Positions 54,770 to 64,000 of a stretch of DNA of 64,000 nucleotides are shown piece by piece. The stretch comes from Octopus sinensis. Its lineage: Eukaryota. The stretch covers positions 56,730,001 to 56,794,000 of the forward strand of contig NC_043001.1 in NCBI RefSeq assembly GCF_006345805.1. Direction: 5' to 3'. The translations under genes were made by a program, and so were the position numbers. Each line of letters opens with the position of its first letter. Within the stretch, counting starts at the first letter, position 1. The notes under the pieces are model-generated. The model searched no databases. It was given only the letters and a program-made list of their open reading frames with translations, and had not been told where the DNA came from.

Positions 54770-55140
54770 ATGCATCTTTCATTGAAAATGGGACAATGTT
54801 CACATTTTATTTTAGATTTTTTTCATAAATATTTATTAGAGTTTTACATGTGGCTTCTAAATCCATATCTGACATGTCTGGATCTTCACAATTCCATTTA
54901 AAGAATGGATCTAAATAGAATATTTTTGGTGCTTGTGATGTTACTTATATACTGATTGAATTCGTGTAGACTTGCCGTCTAGGTTTTTCTTGATGTATTT
55001 TCCTTGTATGTTAATATTTATGTGTAATCTTTTCATGCCAGTGTTTGAGTATTAACTGTATTGTGAAATGAATATGGTTTTAATAGGCAATCATAGGTTT
55101 TTGCTCCAAACTTTCTAAAGCATTTTTCTCTTGTATTTTC
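54770..55140 (-). pseudogene. Decayed PLE linker/GIY-YIG fragment
   Basis: Minus-strand ..EQKPMIAY.. followed by degenerate endonuclease-like sequence. Confidence 0.35.
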
Positions 55141-55143
55141 CTA

Positions 55144-55300
55144 TCTACGACTATAGCACGTTGAATGCACTGGTTCTTGACCGGTCGCCGAAGTTAAACA
55201 ACATCGAGACTAGTAAGTATTTAGATGGGTGACCGTTAGGGGAACTGAGGGGTCTTGTGAGTAGATTTGGTAGACGGAAATGAAAGAAGCCTGTCGTATA

Positions 55301-55368
<68 letters not shown>

Positions 55369-55398
55369 TACACATATATATATGTAAATATATGTATG

Positions 55399-55435
<37 letters not shown>

Positions 55436-55461
55436 GTGTATATATATATGCATATATATAT

Positions 55462-55504
<43 letters not shown>

Positions 55505-55544
55505 TACACATATATATATATATATATATGTAAATATATGTATG

Positions 55545-55579
<35 letters not shown>

Positions 55580-55925
55580 GTGTATATATATATGCATATA
55601 TATATAGGTAATATATATATATATATATATATATATCTATATATATATATATATGTATATATATGTGTGTGTGTGTATACATACATATTTATATATATGT
55701 GTGTGTGTGTTTGTGTCTGTGCTTGTCCTACCGCCGCTTGACAATTGGTGTTGGTTTGTTTACACCCATGTAACTTAGCGCTTCTGAAAAAGAGACCGAT
55801 AGAACAAGTACCACGCTTAAAAAATAACACTGGGGTCGATTCGTTTGAGTTAAAAACCCTTAAAGGCTGTGTCCCGGCATGGTCGTAGTCTAATAACTGA
55901 TACAAGGTAAAACAGGTAAAAAGAT
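55144..55925 (+). mobile_element. 5S rRNA-derived head joined to a family B SINE body
   Basis: 55144-55250 aligns to metazoan 5S rRNA (ctacgacyatascacgttgaa.gcac.ggttct...ccgaagttaa.caac.tcg...agta.tt.gatgggtgaccg). It continues as cttgtgagtagatttggtagacggaaa... of family B. Confidence 0.85.
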
Positions 55926-56615
55926 AATTTCGTTTTGTGTTGTAATTTAATGTTGTACAGTAGCTGCATGTTTATAGTGAGCTTATGTGGGGGCACTATA
56001 CTGGTCTATCCAGTATAATAGTTAGTGTCCTGAAGTCTGCAACTTTCTGTTTTACAGTCAGGGTACTTTAGTCATCTGCAATTTGTTTAACATGTTTGTG
56101 GTGTGTTGTTGGTAAGTATTGACAAGGGTAAGGGTTTTCAGTGTTGATTTTTGTACTACATTATTTAATTTAAGCTTATGGGGGTGTGGTGTGATGCATT
56201 TTGTGTTGCGTTTTACGTGTATTTGTTTTTTCTATTAGATAGTAAACACTGACAACCTGAAAATATGTTAATCTTTTTAACTCTTTCAAAATAGCAAATA
56301 TTATAAAACAAACTTTTAGCGATATCATAGTATTTGGCACGCGGTCTCCTTTTTCTGTTGTATATCATTCTTAGTCATAAATAAAAAAAACACACCAAAA
56401 CCTCCCATTTGTTGTAACATGAGGTCTTAGTTTGAGACTTCAAACAACTTGTAGAAAAAGAAAGCGACGACCACGACGCAAGTGATAATAATGCTTTCAA
56501 ATTTTTGTCACAAAGCTAGAAATGTTAAGAGTAAGGTATTAGTCGATGACATCGACCACAGAAAAAAAACTGCTATTTATTTCATGAAGCTATAAATATT
56601 TTTCCTGTAATAATC

Positions 56616-56673
<58 letters not shown>

Positions 56674-56709
56674 TAATAATAATAATTATGATGATGATGA
56701 TGATGATGA

Positions 56710-58185
56710 TAATGCAAAAGATGACAAGGATCTCAAAGGGCTACGAAGAAATGAATAAATTCAGTGATGACATCAATATGGAAAATTGGCCTTGACAAGT
56801 GTGCAAAAGCTTGCTTCAAACTGACATCTAATACCAAGACCCAACTTGATCATAATACCTGTATCAAGGACCTGGAGCCAGAATGCTTCTATAAGTGTCT
56901 TGGGGAAAGAGATGCAGCACGAATTAATGAAATAGGTGATCAGGAAAGAATATTATAGATGCATCAGAATGGTCCTGAATACTGAGCTGATCTCCCAGAA
57001 TAGAATTGCAGCTATAAACTCTCTGGCAGTACCAGTTGTCTAGTATAACCTTAATGCCATCAATTGGAATCTAAAAAATCTTCTGCATTTGGACATAACG
57101 GCCAGGAAACTGCTGATAGTAAACAGGATGCACCACCCAAAATGAAACGTCCACAGACTCTATCTCCCACAAAAGAAAAGCGGCAGGGGCCTAACCATCT
57201 TCAAAACGACTACGTTAGGTCTTCAAGTGTACTTCCAAACTAATACTGACTGGATGACACAGCTGGTAAGGCAACACGAACAGAGTAAGAAACTGCACTC
57301 TATCTAAAAGGAGGAATATAAATACAGACGAGAGCTTAACTTGCCTGATTATGATGCTGATAACGAGGACACGCCACCCACTAAGGCATCAAAAAGTGTA
57401 AAACAAAGAGCAAACAAGAAAGCTTGAAGGAAATATCAAGACTGTAGAAAGAAGTACCATTGTATGGGCAATACCCCAAAAGAGCTTGGCAAGCTGATGT
57501 AGATATAAGAAGAAACCATCATAGGCTGCAGAGTGTTGGTTTGAAAGCGGAAACGAAAGGATTCATCCTAGCAGCACAAGACCCGAGTCTCCTCACCCGG
57601 AACTAATGTCACACACAATGAGGTAGACATAAAGAGTAGACAGTGCAATGACAAACATGAGAGTATTAACTATATTGTTGCTGGCTACTCATTCCTTGCA
57701 CCTACAGAATATAAAACCAGGTATGATCGCCTAGGTCAATATTTTCACGGATGTATGGCGCCACTATGATATTCCCACCATAAGGACTGGTATGAACACC
57801 ATCCAGAGCTCGTCCCTGAGGGAGAGAATGTTACCATCCTATGGGATTATGGAATACATACAGTGAAGCAAATAGATACTAACAGACCAGATATCATCAT
57901 CATAGACCTAAATAAAAAGACATGCCTGTTAATTGACATGAGAGAACCTACGAATAGAAACATCTCAGCAAAGGAATATGAAAAAACTGTCGAAATATAA
58001 GGATCTTAATATTGAGATGATCGGACATGGCAATTAAAAACAAAACAATCCTGTTGTTGTAGGTACCCTGGGAGTGAGCTAGAAAGGGACTGACCAAGGT
58101 TTTTTTTTTACCAGATTCCTGGGAAACCAACAATCTGAGAATCTCAAAAAATTGTGTTGACACCAACCGCTCATATTCTCAGCAG
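56710..58185 (+). pseudogene. Decayed R4/Hero-type LINE 3' half (RT end, zinc knuckle, REL endonuclease)
   Basis: GLDKCAK; AINSLAVPV; RLYLP..GRGL; ETKGFILAAQD; ILWDYGIHTVKQIDTNRPDIIIIDLNKKTCLLID. Confidence 0.85.
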
Positions 58186-58199
58186 TGGTTCAGTAAAGA

Positions 58200-60930
58200 T
58201 GCAGACTGACCACAGCTGTTATCCTAATACAGCATCAGCAGATAATAGAGTAAGGAGGAAGAAGTGGACTACCGAAGAAAACAGGATAGTAATGCAGTGC
58301 TACTTAGAAAGTGAACCTAAAAGAAAGGGTTATATAAAACGGATGTTAACATTTTGGGTAGAGAAGGGTATGATTAAAGTGACTGCTATTAGGAGAAGAA
58401 ATTGGAGGTGGAAGAGATCACAAGAGAACTGGAAAAGGCCAAGCATTAGGAAAGAGATACAACATAAGAAATACAGGTCAAACCAAAGAAGAACCTAAAG
58501 GAAGAGACAATTGGCATCAGAGATTTAAGCGATTTAAGGGAAGAAGATCAGAAGATTTTAGATGAGTTTCAGAGAGCAATGAGTAAAGAAGTAAGAAAAA
58601 GATTGCCAGCAGTTAAAGGTACCATCTGAAGTAAGCTGCTAGATAAGCTGCTAAGATAGTAGATTCTGTTATCAGTAGGACAGATACTAAAAATATAGGT
58701 GACAATAGCTTATTGATCCATGTAAGAGGGGTAGTAATTACTAAAATATTAGATATCCCATAAGGAATGATTAGGAAAGAGAAAATGTGGAAAATAAAGT
58801 GAAGACAAGATCTGAGTAGAATAGAATCCTAATATCTGAACAGCTTAGCTAACACAAGATTTATATCTTCTCTTGAGAAAAGATACTTAAGTTAAAGAGA
58901 AAGGATTCGGGACAGTCATAGTAGAGCTGAAACAGAGTATCATATCCGTATCAGTTAAGCTTTCCAGATAGAAAATAATAAATCAGTATTAACAGAGTAG
59001 GTTATTTGAGACACGACAGAGCAGAGGAGATTCTGTAACCAAATAAATAGTGAAGAATAAAGTGCTGAAGATGAGAAACCTAATGGAGAAGAAGCTAGAA
59101 AGTTCTGGAGATGGTTAAAGAAATTCAGGAAGAAGTAGTGAGTGACAAGTAGATATAAGACTGTCATGTGCACTAATGAATAAACTGCTGAATTGGAAAG
59201 GCCCTGGGCCAAATTGACATCAAGGTTCCTGATTAAAGAAATGTTGTAGCTTATATGGGATGCTGAAGGAACAATGTAAGGATTGCCTTACCAGAGGAAT
59301 GATACCAGATTAAATGACTAGAGGAAGAACAGTACTCCTCATCAAAGACAAAGCAAGGGTAATACAACTAGCAACTGCAGACCAATCACTTGTTTACAAT
59401 TACTGCGGAAGCCGTTAACAGGAATGCTTTCAGAAAGCATTCACGAGCCCCTTGGCAGCCAGAATTTACTGCCAGAAGAACAGAAAGTTTGCAGGAAAAG
59501 GCATGATCTATTATACATAGACAAAGCAGTTCTAAATGCAGTAAATTCTAGAAGGAAAAATCTAACAATATGGATAGATTATAAGAAAGCTTATGGCATG
59601 ATCCAGCACTCATGGATAAATAAATGCTTGAGTGTATTTAGTATTACAGACAACGTAAGAGAATTAAGTAGCTTTAGCATGAAGAAATGGAAAGTAGAAC
59701 AATACTCAGGTGACACAGTCTTAGGGAAAGTTAATATTAAGAGATGAATTTTCCAAGGAGATTCGCAATCCTCTTTAATATTTGTCTTATGCATGATACT
59801 CCTCAGTTTAGCATTAAGGAAAGCAAAGACAGTTCAGAAATAGTAGAGGTAAAATGAACCATTTACTCTACATGGATGATCTGAAGCTTTTTAGAGAGAA
59901 TAAAAAAGAGATAAATTCATTAATACAGACTGTAAGACTCTTCAGCAAACATACAGGCATGGAATTCGGCATAGATAAGTGCACAATATTAGTTCCGAAA
60001 AGAGGACAGGTAGTCAACAGTGAAGGCATTCAATTACCAGAGGGCCAGACCTTAAATCCTATACCAGGATCTTCAACACTACACACTATCATTGAAAGAA
60101 GGAGAGAGTTAAGTATCTACGTGTATTAAAATCTGACACAGTTCCAAGTAGAGAAATGAAAGCAAAAATTGAGAAGGTGTACATCAGAAGGGTTAAGAAG
60201 CTAATGAAGTCAAAGCTAAATGGCCCGAATCTAGTGAGGACTGTAAATACTTGGGTAGTATCATTAGATACTCAGTAGCCTTTCTGGATTGGTCAAAATC
60301 TGAATTAGCAAAGCTAGACAAGATCTAGGAAAGAATTCAATATGAATGGAGGACTTCACCCGTGGGCAGGAGTAGCAAGAAGTGAGTTAATATTAGTAGA
60401 AGACAGCGTAGAGTTAGGTATAATATTCATACCCTCCTATGTAGGTACTGGAGAAAGTTTATTAAGAGCTGGTAGGATCACAGCAGGACATAGGGAAACC
60501 AAAAAGCCAGATGAAGTTAAAAACCAGAAAAAGGAAGAAGAAGGAGGTGAAGAAGAAGAAGAAGAAAAAGAGAAAGAGGAAGAGGAAGGAGAACGACCAG
60601 GTCACAATCATCTGGGACATGTGGCTTCAAACCGACAAAGAAATAGAAGTTAATCGACCAGATATAATATAGTGATAGACATTGTACTCCCTTCTGACCT
60701 AAATATTATCCATAAAAATTAGAGAAATTGTCATAGTACAAAGACGTCGAAATTAAAGCATTCGAGATGCGAGGAAACCAATGCCAGTAATAACTGGAAC
60801 ATTGGGCAGGATAAGAAAGCATATGAACAGAAATGTAGAGGCTATACCAGGATCTTCAACATTACACACTATCCCAAAAATAACCCTGCTAGGAATAACC
60901 CACATCTGATGCAAAACACTATCAATTCAA
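58200..60930 (+). pseudogene. Decayed R4/Hero-type LINE (N-terminal KWT.EEN domain, RT, REL remnant)
   Basis: RKKWTTEENRIVMQCYLESEP..GYIKRM; LLPEEQK; WIDYKKAY; IFQGDS; NHLLYMDDLKLF; GMEFGIDKC; NRPDIIIV. Confidence 0.88.
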
Positions 60931-62149
60931 TAATACAACTTAAACATAGCAACCCACAAACACAAGACACACTCTAAATAGCAAATATCCAATGAAATAA
61001 ACCAGCAGGCCAATCACTCAAAGCATTACATACACAACACACAATATATACACTAATGCAACATAAGACTGCACCACGCCCCTGATGCAATACAGTATCA
61101 GGAAATTTTGCACATTCCCAACAACAATAAAGAAGAAACAATGCTGCAAACATCCCAGCAACACGGAAGTGTAGCAGCTGATACAGTAGAAATTTGCCGA
61201 AACTCCCAAATGTTGAATAATAATAATAACTTGATGCACCGTTTTACACCGGTATACATAGACTTAGCGAAATATAGGCAAATGCAAATACACATGTGTA
61301 CCCACGCACACTTGAACCAAAGATGTCAGGCTTTCAAATATTTTCTATTCGTCCAATTACACATCTAAGATTCGAAATTCTTTTGTCCGAAAATCCACTC
61401 CATTTCCGATCTCTTACTTTTCCTTGTTTTATTGCATCAGTTCTGTTTCCTATTCACATGACTGTATATCTGTCGTTGATTAAATCACATTACATCGCCA
61501 GTCCTTCATCTCACTGCTTATCTTACCTACAGGTTTTCTCACTAACTCTTCACTTCATTTTCTGACAGCTACTAACAGTAACCACGTCTCTCTCAGCCTT
61601 TCTACCTCATTTCCATAAATCATTTCCTACATCTCCCATTCACTGCTTTTAGCTTCTGAACTACTGCCAGCTCCTAACTTTTAACCTATTCACTTCTGCT
61701 GACCATTAGTTCTCTCCTCAATCGGAGGATCTACGTATACAACGTCAGACAGTTATACTCCTCAAAGGAAGCAAATTTATTGACACCTAGAAACACGATT
61801 GTATTTTATTACTTAGCCAGCGCACTAAATACATTTGTCTAATCAATAAATATTACATGCGCAAAATAAATTTTCTTAACGAATGTATCAAAATAATTCC
61901 TGCAACCTAAACACGAAGAATTTAGTCTATATTTATACAGTCGACTCCTAAAATATGTTACACTTAGCTATAAAAGAAAACATGATATACTTCATCTATA
62001 GACTAATAAACAAGCTGACGGGAAGGTTTCAAACGTGTCATTCAATCTACCAGAAATAACTTAATCTTCCCTAACACAAAGATGAAACACAATTTTGATA
62101 TAGATAAAATAATCTCGGCTCAGTCAGGGAGAGAGGTAGACGGCAAGAG

Positions 62150-62990
62150 AGAGAAAAATATGAAAAATCTTGGTGAACACACTATCTCATTTTGGGTCGT
62201 TCAAATATATCCCGGATTTTAGTCAGTTTTTAGAATTTGTTTTTACAAAACTTTGCTGGGATCATACATTTTAATGCGTTTTATATAAATCTGATACTTT
62301 TTACTAATTTTCCATCACATGTCGTAATTGACAGCCTTTTCTTTCAATGCTCAAATGTAGTTCGCTGTTTCAGCTACAACTCCATTTCTCAATGTTATAA
62401 AGGTGTGTCGTATCATATCAGAATTTCATCTGCCTTTCTGTTATATAAAGACACCATGGATCCTGTCTAAAGTTTGACCTCAGTTTCATTTAAGACAGTT
62501 GTTTTGTTGCAGCATCTAATGAGAGGGCGTATGGCGTTGTTTTACATGATCAACGGGTCTCCGTGGTGTAATTTGTTCAATATAGGCGTTAAAACTAAAA
62601 TTTAACTTTTGGAGTCTATGTATTGAGCAGTTTTCTTTGTCCATGTCTAATAGGAAATCCTTACCTATGTTAAACGTAACATTTAGGTTGAAGAGGTAGA
62701 CAGAGAAAGTGATATTACAATGTCTCTTCTTCTAATTTACTCGCTTCGATGATATTGTTGTAGCTAGGGGCGGTTCTGTCAATATGATAAAAATTGTTAC
62801 CAACCTACCGCGTTGGAAGAATATTTATGCAATCCTGTACGCGTTTGATAATTGTTATAATGAAAGGTAATCCAGACGTTTACAGTTTAGCATTGTCTAC
62901 TTTTATCTAGAGGGATCCCATGGGAGTTTGTTGGATGGTTTATAACCGTATTTCAAAGGGACATCAACATACTCTAACATACGGATACGA
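62150..62990 (-). pseudogene. Decayed Naiad-type PLE (RT end and GIY-YIG)
   Basis: Minus-strand fragments FNLNVTFNIGKDFL, PL..CCNKTTV, ..NYI.ALK.K..NYDM.WKI. Confidence 0.55.
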
Positions 62991-63060
62991 ACTGAGAGAC
63001 TTGCACGTTAACACGTTAGTTTAAGTAGATAGTAATGAATGTACATTATAGAAACCTTCA

Positions 63061-63300
63061 GAGGCGCGTGGCTTAGTGGTTAGAGTTATTGAACTCATGA
63101 TCGTAAGATTGTGATTTCAATTCCTGGACTGGGCGTCCCGTTGTACTCTTCAGCAACACATTCTATTTCGCGTTGATTCTGTTCACTCAGCAAGCTAAAA
63201 CGAGTAAATCTGCTAAGAACTAGCGTCCCATCCAGGGAAGGATATATGTGCCAAGGAAACCGGGAAACTAGCCCTATGAGACTATATAAGGCGCATTTTT
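63061..63300 (+). mobile_element. tRNA-derived SINE family C
   Basis: gaggcgcgtggcttagtggttag (A box) and atttcaattcc (B-box-like). Confidence 0.7.
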
Positions 63301-63363
63301 GTAACCAAAAACCGATGTACATTCATAAGTAGATACATACATACATACATAATACATACATAC

Positions 63364-63418
<55 letters not shown>

Positions 63419-63456
63419 CATATCTAGCTATCTGTATATATTTGCAAAGAACGAGG

Positions 63457-63519
<63 letters not shown>

Positions 63520-64000
63520 CTATCACGAGGTAGATAGATATAAGGAAAGAGATAGATATGTGAATAACTCATTTAAGAAAGTAATATGAATTATCCACAA
63601 CTTTTTCTAAACATAAATATGTCTTCAAAACAATAAATTCACTCTTCATTTAATTTCTAAGAGCTATTTCTTGTTAGAAAAACCAGTTCGGCATTCTACT
63701 TTCCATTTACCAAAAATGCTATGCTTCATCTGCAACAGATTCAAATTGCTCAGACTTGTTAAAAACATCGCTGATATCAAAGAATTTCAATATAAGGAAA
63801 ATGATTGAATGGTCTGTAAAATTTCGATTTCAGAGGAAAATGTCATACACACACATATATACACACACACACATACACACATACACACACATACATACAC
63901 ATTGAAATATCTATATAGATGTGTTTCTACGAAGTAAGTTATGTTATAAATAATACTAAAATGATTATTACTATACTCATAATAATAATAATGATAATAA

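Noticed and set aside
55144-55250. Functional 5S rRNA gene
   Set aside because: It has many substitutions, lacks the 3' end and oligo-T terminator, and is fused to a SINE body.

Overview
This is AT-rich eukaryotic DNA dense in microsatellites; the SINE families and repeat landscape look like an octopod cephalopod (inference). I can support no intact host protein-coding gene, and most ORFs in the track are translated microsatellites. The window is a patchwork of tRNA-derived SINEs, one 5S-headed SINE, decayed LINEs (RTE, Tx1/L1-like, R4/Hero-type with REL endonuclease, CR1-like), Tc1/mariner and hAT relics, and several Penelope-like elements (PLEs) carrying hammerhead ribozyme (HHR) motifs. 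The most striking structure is at 2727-5085: a tandem array of three ~775-bp units plus a 32-bp terminal repeat, bracketed by ~210-bp inverted arms. Each unit holds an identical HHR-like motif whose three strands lie in a non-circularly permuted (pseudoknotted) order. A divergent element at ~24.7-25.35 kb shows the same topology with different, compensating stem sequences. Other notable items are a minimal HHR with a U3-A8 core covariation behind an open GIY-YIG ORF, two ~180-bp HHR mini-elements, and two locally templated insertions inside LINEs.
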